Shown here piece by piece: positions 36,381 through 47,257 of a stretch of 64,000 nt of DNA (its first letter is position 1; each line of letters opens with the position of its first letter). The position numbers and the translations under genes were made by a program. The stretch lies in the NCBI GenBank assembly GCA_964195545.1, contig CAXMQQ010000019.1, positions 23,581 through 87,580 on the forward strand, read 5' to 3'. This stretch comes from an uncultured Acidimicrobiia bacterium. GTDB lineage: Bacteria; Actinomycetota; Acidimicrobiia; Spongiisociales; UBA5794. The notes beneath the pieces were generated by a model. That model saw nothing but the letters and a program-made list of their open reading frames with translations. It was not told the DNA's origin and did not search any database.

Positions 36381-36727
36381 CCAGAGCGAACTACTACAGC
36401 GACCAGCCGCAGAGACCCGAACCGAAACCGATCGACGATCTAATCGGGACGATCGTGGAACAGGCCGGGGCGAGCCCAGACCTCGGGGTTGCGCGGCTCG
36501 TCTCCTCCTGGGACAGCATCGTCTCCGAACGGTGGAGAGGGAGATCGCGACCGATCGGTGTTCGGGATCAAACGCTTCTCGTCGAGGTCCCGGAAGGAGC
36601 TGACGCGAGCCTGCTGCGCTACGACTCGGCCGATCTCATGAGGCGGATTTCACAGCGATTCGGTCCCGATCTCGTACGAGCGGTCAGGTTCCGCGTCGAG
36701 GGGGACACTCGCGGCGGAAAGCCGTGA
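36377..36727 (+). CDS. DUF721 protein (Rv0004/DciA-like)
   Basis: ORF 36350..36727 with ATG 36377 in ATGA overlap with the recF stop. Conserved slot between recF and gyrB. Contains LLVEVPEGADASLLRY. Confidence 0.8.
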   Translation: MTRANYYSDQPQRPEPKPIDDLIGTIVEQAGASPDLGVARLVSSWDSIVSERWRGRSRPIGVRDQTLLVEVPEGADASLLRYDSADLMRRISQRFGPDLVRAVRFRVEGDTRGGKP

Positions 36728-36790
36728 AATGGTAAGGGTTTCGGCCCGGAATCGGCTATGATTACACCCGTGTCAGTAGCCCCCAACTGA

Positions 36791-38746
<1,956 letters not shown>

Positions 38747-38754
38747 GACCCCGA

Positions 38755-41187
38755 ATGACGAACGAAGAACAACACATCAACGTCAAAGCCATTGACATCG
38801 AGCGGGAGATGCAGGATTCGTTCCTGGAATATGCGATGTCCGTCATCGTCTCGCGTGCCCTTCCCGACGTGCGCGACGGGCTGAAGCCGGTGCACCGGCG
38901 GATTCTCTACGCCATGCACGACGCGGGGATCCGCCCGGGAACGCCGTTCAGGAAGTCCGCCCGTGTGGTCGGAGACGTCGTCGGCTGGTTCCATCCGCAC
39001 TCACCGGAGGCCGTCTACGACTCGATGGTCCGCCTCGGACAGGACTTCTCGCTGAGAAGCCCCCTGATCCAGCCCCAGGGAAACTTCGGAACCGTCGACG
39101 ATCCCCCGGCCGCCATGCGCTACACGGAAGCGCGCATGGCGCCGATCGCTGCGCATCTTCTCGAAGGTATCGACGAGGACACCGTCGATTGGACGGATAA
39201 CTACTCGGGAGAGCGTGAGGAGCCATCCGTTCTCCCTGCCCGGTTCCCGAATCTCCTCGTGAACGGTTCGACCGGGATCGCCGTTGGTATGGCGACCAAC
39301 ATCCCTCCCCACAATCTCACCGAGGTCGTTGATGCCGTCCTCTACGGTCTCGATCATCCAGAGGCATCGGTCAGCGATATCTCTGAGTTCGTCAAGGGCC
39401 CGGATTTCCCGACGGGGGCCTACATCGTTGGCGTGAACGGCGTCAAGCAAGCACTTGCAACGGGCCGCGGCTCGGTGAAGATGCGTGCTGTCACCGACAT
39501 CGTGGAGATGAAGAAGGGACGCATGGCGATCATCGCCACCGAGATCCCCTATCAGGTGTCGCGAGATCGCATCATGGCCAAGACGGCGGAACTCGTTCGC
39601 AAGAAGGTCCTTACGGGGATCGCCGACCTGCGCGACGAATCGGATAGGGAAGGAACCCGGCTGGTCATCGAGCTTCGCAAGGACGCCAACCCACAGGTCG
39701 TTCTCAACCAACTCTTCAAGCACACACAGCTCGAGGAGAATTTCTCCGCCAACCAGATCGCTCTCGTCGACGGTGTGCCCCGCACGCTCAACGTGGCAGA
39801 GATGATCCACTACTACATCGCTCACCAGCTCGAGGTCATCGAGCGCAGGAGCCGGTTCCGGCTTGTGAAAGCCGAGGCGAGAGCTCACATCGTCGAGGGT
39901 CTGCTTATCGCTCTCGACAACATCGACGAAGTGGTCGAGATCATCAAGTCATCTGAGGACGTTGCAGCAGCGCGCTCGGCGCTGATGGATCGGTTCGAGT
40001 TGAGTGAGGTTCAGGCGAGTCACATCCTCGACATGCCGCTGCGTCGACTCACCGCACTCGAGACAGGCAAGCTCCGCGAGGAGTACCAGCAACTCCAGGA
40101 GCTGATCGGAGAACTCGAAGCCCTCCTCGCTAGCGAGGAGAAGCGGCGGATCCTTGTCGGAGAAGAGCTCACGATCATCCGGGACAAGTTCGGAGACAAG
40201 AGGAGGAGCCGGATCATTCCCGACGCAGGGGAGATGTCGCTCGAGGATCTGATCGCCGACGAGGAACTCGTTGTGACGGTCTCAGCGGCCGGCTACATCA
40301 AGTCCGTGATCGCAGCGACGTACCGGACACAGGGACGCGGTGGCCGCGGCGTGCGCGGTGCCGCCCTCCGGGAGGACGACGTGATCGAGCACGTGATCCA
40401 CACGACGGCGCACGCGTACCTCCTGATCTTCACCAATCGGGGCAAGGTCTACCGGATCCGAGCTCATGAGATCCCTCGCAAGGACCGCAATGCGAAGGGA
40501 GTCCTCGTCCAGTCTGTACTTCCGATGGATCCCGACGAGATCATCGAAGCCGTGATCGACACCCGCGACTACGAAACCCACCAGTACCTCGTGATGTTCA
40601 CGAAGTTGGGTCAGGTGAAGAAGTCGAAGTTCGGTGCCTACGACTCAAGGAACCAGGTTCTGGTTGCTATCAAGCTCCAGGAAGGCGACGAGGTCGTCGA
40701 CGTGCGTGCTACCGGCGGAGACAACGACCTGCTCATGTTCACCAAGAAGGGGCAGGGTATCCGGTTCGCCGAGAGTGATGCTCGCCCGCTCGGACGGGCT
40801 TCCCAGGGGGTGAGGGGCATCAGGCTTCGCGAGGGTGACGAGGTCGTGGCTGCGACGACGGCTGAAGAGGGAGGAGAGATCCTGCTGCTCACCAGTGGCG
40901 GCTACGGAAAGCGGACGAAGATGGAACTCTTCCGCCGCCAGGGGCGCGGAGGAATGGGCGTCAAGGCCATGAAGCTCACCAAGGTTCGCGGCAAGCTCAT
41001 TGCCGCAAGGGTCGTGAGTCCAGAAGACGAGGTCTTCATGATCTCGTCCGACGGCATCGTGATCCGCCAGGCCGTGTCCGACATCAGCCGCCAGCGTCGG
41101 GAGTCGACCGGCGTGAAGGTCGTCAGCCTCGACGGCGATGCAGACCTGTCGGCAGTGGCCCTCGTTCCCCAGAGCGAGGACGAGTAG
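38755..41187 (+). CDS. gyrA: DNA gyrase subunit A
   Basis: 810 aa. Contains [12 protein letters not shown], the active-site [10 protein letters not shown] region, and a C-terminal beta-pinwheel. Confidence 0.97.
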   Translation: MTNEEQHINVKAIDIEREMQDSFLEYAMSVIVSRALPDVRDGLKPVHRRILYAMHDAGIRPGTPFRKSARVVGDVVGWFHPHSPEAVYDSMVRLGQDFSLRSPLIQPQGNFGTVDDPPAAMRYTEARMAPIAAHLLEGIDEDTVDWTDNYSGEREEPSVLPARFPNLLVNGSTGIAVGMATNIPPHNLTEVVDAVLYGLDHPEASVSDISEFVKGPDFPTGAYIVGVNGVKQALATGRGSVKMRAVTDIVEMKKGRMAIIATEIPYQVSRDRIMAKTAELVRKKVLTGIADLRDESDREGTRLVIELRKDANPQVVLNQLFKHTQLEENFSANQIALVDGVPRTLNVAEMIHYYIAHQLEVIERRSRFRLVKAEARAHIVEGLLIALDNIDEVVEIIKSSEDVAAARSALMDRFELSEVQASHILDMPLRRLTALETGKLREEYQQLQELIGELEALLASEEKRRILVGEELTIIRDKFGDKRRSRIIPDAGEMSLEDLIADEELVVTVSAAGYIKSVIAATYRTQGRGGRGVRGAALREDDVIEHVIHTTAHAYLLIFTNRGKVYRIRAHEIPRKDRNAKGVLVQSVLPMDPDEIIEAVIDTRDYETHQYLVMFTKLGQVKKSKFGAYDSRNQVLVAIKLQEGDEVVDVRATGGDNDLLMFTKKGQGIRFAESDARPLGRASQGVRGIRLREGDEVVAATTAEEGGEILLLTSGGYGKRTKMELFRRQGRGGMGVKAMKLTKVRGKLIAARVVSPEDEVFMISSDGIVIRQAVSDISRQRRESTGVKVVSLDGDADLSAVALVPQSEDE

Positions 41188-41193
41188 GAGAAG

Positions 41194-41243
41194 GCAGCAG
41201 ACAGCGGACAGTCAACAGCACGACCGCTCTGGCTGTCTGCTGC
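41194..41243 (+). terminator. Hairpin downstream of gyrA
   Basis: gcagcagacagc (41194-41205) is complementary to gctgtctgctgc (41232-41243). An inner agcgg/ccgct pairing is also possible. Confidence 0.5.
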
Positions 41244-41304
41244 TCTCTGTCCGCTCTCCTCCCAAACCCCCGGCCTACTCGAGACCTGTTCCTACACTCA
41301 TCGC

Positions 41305-41784
41305 ATGGCTGTTCGGCGTGTGCGGCGGGTCATCCGCAAGATCGATCCATGGACGGTGCTGAAGGTCTCGCTCGTGCTCAACGCGATCGGGGCCCTCGTG
41401 TTCGTCCTCGGCGTGTGGGTCATGTGGTCGCTTGCTGTTCAGCGTGGGATTCCCGAGAAGTTCGCCGATATCGTCGCCAACTTCTCGCTCGTGTTCACAC
41501 CGAACGGTGAGCTCTACTTCCGGGCGGTTGTGTTCTTCTCCATCGTGTTGTTCGTGTCGCTCACCGGGTTGTTCACTCTCGGTGCCGTCATGTACAACCT
41601 CATTTCGGATGTTGTCGGTGGCGTGGAGTTGATCGTTCTCGAAGAGACATACATCGTCCCTGCGGCGAGAACTGCTCCGCTGCGTCCGGCCGTCCACTCC
41701 CAGACCAACGGTGGTAGTGGTGTGAACGGTGGAGACGGCGACACCAAGACCGAGCCGGTGGCCGTCGTTTCCGAAGACGACTAA
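41305..41784 (+). CDS. DUF3566 membrane protein (Rv0007-like)
   Basis: 159 aa. Contains IRKIDPWTVLKVSLVLNAIG...YNLISDVVGGVELIVLEE. Conserved position after gyrA. Confidence 0.85.
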   Translation: MAVRRVRRVIRKIDPWTVLKVSLVLNAIGALVFVLGVWVMWSLAVQRGIPEKFADIVANFSLVFTPNGELYFRAVVFFSIVLFVSLTGLFTLGAVMYNLISDVVGGVELIVLEETYIVPAARTAPLRPAVHSQTNGGSGVNGGDGDTKTEPVAVVSEDD

Positions 41785-41988
41785 CGGTCATAGATTCGGC
41801 GGTTGGAGATCGGGGGACATGCGGATCGACCCAGACGGACCCGGTGTAGCGACGTTCAACGGGATCTCGATCCGGGTCTGGTCGAAGAGACAGGACCCTT
41901 CAGCGTCTTCGCGACACCAGACCAGAGAGAGACACCGTCAGCCACGCCCGGGCGCCCCACGAGTCCCAGACCCCGAAGGTCGCGTCGT

Positions 41989-42150
41989 TCACGACCGGAT
42001 GGCGGAGATCGTATCGTCGGATAATCTCGCGGATATTGTCGGTCTCACCGTCGCTGGTGAGGCCTCAGCGGAAGCGCTGCCGTGCCTGCACGCCGCTGCA
42101 ACGAGTGCCACGACACCGACGATCAGGAAGAACCTCCGCACGGGCGTCAT
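41989..42150 (-). pseudogene. Possible decayed lipoprotein gene (53-codon signal-peptide ORF, apparent frame breaks downstream)
   Basis: Hand translation MTPVRRFFLIVGVVALVAAAC... gives a lipobox-like VAAAC, with a stop after 53 codons. Protein-like strings continue in the other two minus frames down to about 41790. Confidence 0.25.
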
Positions 42151-42185
42151 CCAAGCCCATGAGATGGACTAGGGGGACGACGGAG

Positions 42186-42914
42186 TTATGACGATTCGGT
42201 GAACGATGCGATGTCCAGACCGATGCGGAGAGCTGAGAAGAGGTACTGGTCGGCCGTCTCATCAGGCCGGTGTATGCCCGAAGCGACAAGACCAGATGCA
42301 GCGAGAACCGCCCCGGACACCAGCGCGATGGCTTCGAGATGGGTTGCGAGATCGGCGATACCGAGCGTACGGGTTGCCTGGACGGTGGTGGATCGCACAA
42401 GGACACCGGCCCATTCGTCGGGGACCGGCGCTGCCACATCGAGGCGCCGGTTCGTCATCCGCCGCCTGATCCCCCAGCGGGATCCGACAGGTTCGGGAAA
42501 TTGCAGCGGCTCGCCGTGGCGCTCCGGTTTGCCCGGCTCGGTCCAGGCGAAGAGGATCTGTGCGTCCGGACCGGCAATGTCGACCTCGCGAGTAGCCATG
42601 CTCTGGCCGATTCCGGTGACCAGGTTGGCGCCGATGAGCACAGGGGTCTCCCCGACTTCCGTCTGTCGATCGAACGAATCGGCCCAGAGGACACACGGAA
42701 CACCCGTGGAGAGGGCTTCGTCGAGGATCGCCGAATCCGGATCATCGGTGATGACAGCATCGAACCCCTCGAGATTGTCGATTCGGAGGATTCGCCGATC
42801 CCTGTCCTTGACGTCGCGGCGGACGACGCCCAGGAGGTCGAGACCCTCTTCCCCCATGAGAAGACGACCGGCCCGAACACCAATCTCGGACGTGTGGTCG
42901 AGGGCGATTCTCAT
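42186..42914 (-). CDS. Hypothetical protein
   Basis: 242 aa ORF with coding-like composition. No family recognised by eye. Confidence 0.55.
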   Translation of the reverse strand: MRIALDHTSEIGVRAGRLLMGEEGLDLLGVVRRDVKDRDRRILRIDNLEGFDAVITDDPDSAILDEALSTGVPCVLWADSFDRQTEVGETPVLIGANLVTGIGQSMATREVDIAGPDAQILFAWTEPGKPERHGEPLQFPEPVGSRWGIRRRMTNRRLDVAAPVPDEWAGVLVRSTTVQATRTLGIADLATHLEAIALVSGAVLAASGLVASGIHRPDETADQYLFSALRIGLDIASFTESS

Positions 42915-43045
42915 GGTGATGGCTGATCGAGCGGCTGCCAGGAGCCCTGCTGGGTGGGAGGGCGGTTCGGTCGCCGAGTCACGACAAGAGCAACGGCAAC
43001 CGCAGCGGCGGCAGCAAAGACAAGGGTGTTGAGAACAGGTTTCAC
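42911..43045 (-). CDS. Possible 44-aa membrane peptide
   Basis: Tail of ORF 42911..43114 from GTG 43045 (VKPVLNTLVFAAAAAVAVALVV...). ATGA overlap with the downstream gene. No SD seen. The upstream 23 codons of the tracked ORF are built from repeat copy B. Confidence 0.25.
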   Translation of the reverse strand: MKPVLNTLVFAAAAAVAVALVVTRRPNRPPTQQGSWQPLDQPSP

Positions 43046-43073
43046 AAGTGGGAAGTTACTAGTTCCCCGTTCG

Positions 43074-43144
43074 CAGACACGAGACGAGAGGCGTGAGATA
43101 TGAGCCGAGTCCATCTCTTCCCCACATCTCGTGTCGCCCGTCTC
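43074..43144 (+). repeat. 71-nt structured intergenic repeat, copy B
   Basis: cagacacgagacgagaggcgtgagatatgag...atctcgtgtcgcccgtctc. See copy A. Arms pair with 14 Watson-Crick pairs, 3 G-U pairs and 2 mismatches (hand count). Confidence 0.75.
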
Positions 43145-43154
43145 GCGGCTAGTA

Positions 43155-43335
43155 TCTCTCTCCTCGGGCTATCCCGAGCGCCGTTTGTGAAGCGAAGTCC
43201 GGTGTGAATCCGGCGCTGTCCCGCAACTGTGAAGCCCTCCGGGGACGAGTCAGGTCGCCTTCCGCTCGGTGTGCGACCGCACCTTCGGAGGACGGGTCTC
43301 GTCGCTTTGATGAAGGCTCCTCCCGAGAGAGGAGT
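43155..43335 (+). promoter_or_regulatory. Cobalamin (B12) riboswitch
   Basis: Conserved core gaagtccggtgtgaatccggcgctgtcccgcaactgtgaagc and a B12-box-like gagtcagg. Sits directly upstream of a substrate-binding protein and ABC importer. Boundaries are approximate. Confidence 0.8.
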
Positions 43336-43341
43336 AGCCGC

Positions 43342-44358
43342 ATGTTCCGCAGAATCCTGCTCACGATTGCCTCTGTCTCTCTCGTCGCGGCCGCATGCGG
43401 ATCGTCGTCCGTCGCCCCAGAAGCACCATCGACGACGCTCGGCACGACCACTACGGCGGCGGTCACCACGGCGGTCCCCGCATCGTCGACGACCAGTTCA
43501 TCCTCTACGTCTTCGTCACCGACGATGCCCGAGGAGACGGGGTTCCCCGTCACGATCAACGCGCCGAACGGCCCAGTAACCGTCGAGACACGCCCTGAGA
43601 ACGTCGTCTCTCTCTCGCCTACGTCGACCGAGGTGCTCTTCGCCGTGGGAGGCGGGCCCCAGGTCGTGGCCGTCGACAACCAATCGAACTACCCGGCAGA
43701 GGCGCCGATGACGGAGTTGACGGGATTCGAGCCGAATCTCGAAGCCATCGCCGCATACGGTGCTGATCTCGTCGTGATTATGTACGACCCGGGTGATGTG
43801 ATCGCCGGACTCGAAGCGATCGGCATCCCGGTGATCATGCATCCGTCGGTAAGCAACCTCGACGACGCGTACGTTCAGATCGAGCAGGTCGGCGCTGCTA
43901 CCGGTCACATCGACGAGGCGTCTCTTCTCGTGGCGTCGATGAAGAGCAAGATCGCAGCCACGGCGACAACAACCGATGGTGGGGGAGCGACGTACTACCA
44001 CGAACTCAGCCCCGACTACTACTCGGTGACTTCTGCGACGTTCGTCGGAGCCCTGTACACGATGCTCGGTCTCGAGAACATCGCAGACGGCGCCGACCCG
44101 GACGGCTACGGCTATCCGCAATTGTCTGCAGAGCACATCCTCTCGGAGGATCCTGCCCTCGTGTTCCTGGCGGACACCAAGTGCTGTCGACAGGAAGCCG
44201 AAACGGTCGCGGATCGGCCGGGGTGGGACTCGCTGAGTGCAGTCCAGGGAGGATTCATCACGGAACTCGATGACGACATCGCGTCGCGATGGGGACCGCG
44301 TGTCGTCGACCTCGTTGCGTCGATCGCCGAAGCGATCACGGGCTTCCAGAACTCATGA
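43342..44358 (+). CDS. ABC transporter substrate-binding lipoprotein (BtuF/FhuD class, cobalamin-type by riboswitch context)
   Basis: ORF 43204..44358 trimmed to ATG 43342 after GAGAGGAG. Lipoprotein signal MFRRILLTIASVSLVAAACGSS. Confidence 0.85.
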   Translation: MFRRILLTIASVSLVAAACGSSSVAPEAPSTTLGTTTTAAVTTAVPASSTTSSSSTSSSPTMPEETGFPVTINAPNGPVTVETRPENVVSLSPTSTEVLFAVGGGPQVVAVDNQSNYPAEAPMTELTGFEPNLEAIAAYGADLVVIMYDPGDVIAGLEAIGIPVIMHPSVSNLDDAYVQIEQVGAATGHIDEASLLVASMKSKIAATATTTDGGGATYYHELSPDYYSVTSATFVGALYTMLGLENIADGADPDGYGYPQLSAEHILSEDPALVFLADTKCCRQEAETVADRPGWDSLSAVQGGFITELDDDIASRWGPRVVDLVASIAEAITGFQNS

Positions 44359-45407
44359 CTGGGGAGGAGATCCGCCCGAGCCGCCTCCACTGGTGGTGGC
44401 TCGCCGGAGCCCTTGCGGCCTTGGCCGGTGCGGGTCTCCTTGCCGTCCTCATGGGAGCCGTCGACCTGGACGCCCGATCGGTCTTGCTCTCCGTTGTGGA
44501 CCGCCTCCCGTTCGTCGACGCCGACTCCGGGCTCAACGATCGACAGGAGGCCATCTTGTGGGAGTTGAGGATGCCCAGGGTGGCTCTTGGAGGGATCGTC
44601 GGCGCGATGCTCGCTGTCGCTGGAGGCTCGTATCAGGGTTCGTTCCGGAATCCGCTTGCTGATCCATATCTGCTTGGTGCCGCCGCCGGGGCAGGCCTTG
44701 GTGCGACCATCGCTTTCGCGTATGGGGCCGGGCTGCCGTCGACCCCTGTCGACACGCTGCCACTCCTTGCCTTCATTGGCGGCGTTGCCGGTGTCGCCGC
44801 AACGTATGCGATCGGATACTCGGTCAAGGCCGGACGCACGCCGGTGATGCTCATCCTTGCCGGTGTCGCTGTGGCGGCATTTCTCACGGCCATCCAGACC
44901 TATCTCCAGCAGCGCAACGCCGAGACGCTGCGTGAGGTCTACGGATGGATCCTGGGACGGCTCTCGACCGTTGGATGGGGGGAGGTGTGGCTGGTGCTTC
45001 CGTACGTGGTCGTATCGATCCTCGTCGTGTTGCTTGGGGCCGGGAGACTCGACGTGCTCAGCGTGGGTGATGACGAAGCGGTGACGCTCGGTGTGAATCC
45101 GCCACGGGTGCGTCTCGTCATGGTGCTCGCGGCAACACTCGGCACCGCAGCGGTTGTCGCTGTCTCCGGACTCATCGGATTCGTCGGAATCATCGTGCCC
45201 CACGCCATCAGGATCGTGTTCGGGTCGAGCTACCGGGTGATCCTTCCCCTGTCTGTCATTCTCGGCGCAGCCTTTCTGATCCTCGCGGACCTCCTCGCTC
45301 GCACGGTCGCGGCACCAGCCGAGATACCGATCGGGGTCGTAACGGCGTTCTTCGGTGCGCCGTTCTTCGCGATCGTGCTCCGATCCTCGAGAGGACTCGG
45401 ATCGTGA
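44355..45407 (+). CDS. FecCD/BtuC-family ABC permease
   Basis: ORF 44289..45407 with ATG 44355 in ATGA overlap. About 10 hydrophobic segments and the typical LGAAAGAGLGA block. Confidence 0.9.
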   Translation: MTGEEIRPSRLHWWWLAGALAALAGAGLLAVLMGAVDLDARSVLLSVVDRLPFVDADSGLNDRQEAILWELRMPRVALGGIVGAMLAVAGGSYQGSFRNPLADPYLLGAAAGAGLGATIAFAYGAGLPSTPVDTLPLLAFIGGVAGVAATYAIGYSVKAGRTPVMLILAGVAVAAFLTAIQTYLQQRNAETLREVYGWILGRLSTVGWGEVWLVLPYVVVSILVVLLGAGRLDVLSVGDDEAVTLGVNPPRVRLVMVLAATLGTAAVVAVSGLIGFVGIIVPHAIRIVFGSSYRVILPLSVILGAAFLILADLLARTVAAPAEIPIGVVTAFFGAPFFAIVLRSSRGLGS

Positions 45408-46207
45408 CGCCGTCTCTCTCCCTGAGCGACATCGGCGTCCGATTCAACGGATCGAGAATCCTGGCTTCAGTCGATATGGAGATCGCCCGAGGGGAGTGGC
45501 TCGGGATCATTGGGCCGAACGGTGCCGGAAAGTCCACGTTGCTCCGTGCGATCATGGGAGCCGTCGAGTTCGATGGGTCGATAGCGATCGGGGGAGTTCC
45601 AACGTCCACGATGAAGCGCCGGGATCTTGCCCGGTCGGTCGCTCTCGTCCCCCAACACCCGGTCCTTCCGCCAGGCATGCGCGTCGTCGACTACGTGCTC
45701 CTCGGGCGCACACCACATGTGCATGCCGTCACGGGCCCGTCCCTCCACGATCTTGATGTTGTCGCGACCATTCTCAGCGCACTCACGCTGTCGTCCTTCG
45801 TGGATCGGGATGTCACGACGCTGTCGGGGGGAGAGCTCCAGCGGGTGGTCATCGCAAGGGCGCTTGCTCAAGAATCCCCGATTCTCCTCCTCGACGAACC
45901 CACGACGTCCCTCGACATCGGGAAGCAACAAGAGGTTCTCGAACTCGTCGACCGGCTCCGCAGGGAGCGGACCCTCACCATCGTGTCGGCCATGCACGAC
46001 CTGACGATCGCCGCACAGTTCCCCGACCGATTGATCATGCTGGCGGATGGAGCGGTGGTTGCGGAGGGTGGCGGGCGGTCGGTCCTCGACCCGGCACTCA
46101 TCAGGACCCACTACTCGGCCGATGTGAAGATCCTCGACGATGGATCAGGTGGGATCGTGGTGGTCCCGCAGCGGTCTCAGGATCCGATGAACGACTCGAA
46201 GAACTGA
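45404..46207 (+). CDS. ABC transporter ATP-binding protein (BtuD/FecE class)
   Basis: 267 aa. Walker A GPNGAGKST, signature LSGGELQR, Walker B LLLDEP. Confidence 0.9.
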   Translation: MTPSLSLSDIGVRFNGSRILASVDMEIARGEWLGIIGPNGAGKSTLLRAIMGAVEFDGSIAIGGVPTSTMKRRDLARSVALVPQHPVLPPGMRVVDYVLLGRTPHVHAVTGPSLHDLDVVATILSALTLSSFVDRDVTTLSGGELQRVVIARALAQESPILLLDEPTTSLDIGKQQEVLELVDRLRRERTLTIVSAMHDLTIAAQFPDRLIMLADGAVVAEGGGRSVLDPALIRTHYSADVKILDDGSGGIVVVPQRSQDPMNDSKN

Positions 46208-46917
46208 CCAACGAGGAAGCTCAGGGTGCCACCGACGAAGCCGATGCCGAGGTTCTCCAACGCTGAGAGAATCGGATTGGTCTTCGTCATCATGGTCTTC
46301 GTGGCACCGACGACGATCAGGCCGAGTCCGGAGAGGATGGCGGCTACGAACAAGGCTGTCGTGGGATCGTCGAGGATGACAAACGGAAGAACAGAGGGGA
46401 GAGCACCGGCGAGGAACAGGGCGGCCGAGGCGAGGCCGGCCGTGTACGGGCTGCGCTTCTCGGCGTCGACGACCCCGAACTCGAGTCCGGCCATCACGCC
46501 GAGCATCGCCTCGTCGCTCCCGTCGATGATTTCAACCACCGTCTCCAGATCGTGTTCAACCAGACCCATGTTCCCGAACATGTAGCGGAGCTCGTCTCGC
46601 TCGTGGTCTCGGTGCTCCCTGAGATGCTGCGCTTCGAGCTCCATCTCAGCGGCGAAGACCTCCTCCTGGGACTTCGTGGCGACATACTCACCAGCCCCCA
46701 TCGAGATCATGCCCGCGAAGGCTCCGGCGATGGCGGTGAGGAGTACCTGTGTCGAGTCGAGTCCGGCTCCGACGACACCCGCAACGAGGAGGAACGTTGA
46801 GACGAGGCCGTCGTTCACACCAAGGATGATGTCGCGCATGTACTGTCGGGCTTTCCCGAGGTGGTTCTGGTAGTCGTCAGGGGGGACGGGAGAGGGAGGT
46901 GCAGTCACAGGCGCCAT
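46177..46917 (-). CDS. VIT1/CCC1-family iron/manganese transporter
   Basis: 246 aa. Contains ILGVNDGLVSTFLLVAG, a central acidic helical region, and C-terminal TM helices. 31-nt convergent overlap with the ABC ATPase gene. Confidence 0.85.
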   Translation of the reverse strand: MAPVTAPPSPVPPDDYQNHLGKARQYMRDIILGVNDGLVSTFLLVAGVVGAGLDSTQVLLTAIAGAFAGMISMGAGEYVATKSQEEVFAAEMELEAQHLREHRDHERDELRYMFGNMGLVEHDLETVVEIIDGSDEAMLGVMAGLEFGVVDAEKRSPYTAGLASAALFLAGALPSVLPFVILDDPTTALFVAAILSGLGLIVVGATKTMMTKTNPILSALENLGIGFVGGTLSFLVGQFFESFIGS

Positions 46918-47257
46918 CGTACCGTCACTCCGCCCCCCCCAGACCCATACCCAGGGTTGGTGTCCTTGTATTTGACGCCGTCAGCCCGCGGAATGGGAGA
47001 GAACAGGAGTCGGCACGCGGGAGGGTACGCTGTGCCAACGACAGGGAGTAGAGATCACCGACGCGCCCGGAACGAACGACGAGTCCGCAGACGAAGAGGT
47101 CGAAGACCAAGCTGCAGACCCTGAGGAACTCGATCCCCGCCTCGGACCTCCGTCTCCTCCCTGGTCTCCGCAGACGAAGATCGCGGTAGCCGTCGGGCTC
47201 GTCGTCTTCGCAGCGATAGTCCTGTGGTTCTCTCGAGCAGCACTGTCCATCCTTGCC

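Noticed and set aside
41194-41243. Possible relationship between the gyrA-downstream hairpin and the 18-bp tandem repeat at 18691 (shared tggctgtct and gacag.caacagc words)
   Set aside because: Only 9-15 nt of CTG/CAG-rich low-complexity similarity. This is insufficient to call a repeat family without a genome-wide search.
46933-46940. C8 homopolymer 16 nt upstream of the VIT1 start (G8 on the coding strand) as a possible phase-variation tract
   Set aside because: It is a single short tract in a GC-rich genome, lies outside coding sequence, and there is no evidence of length variation.
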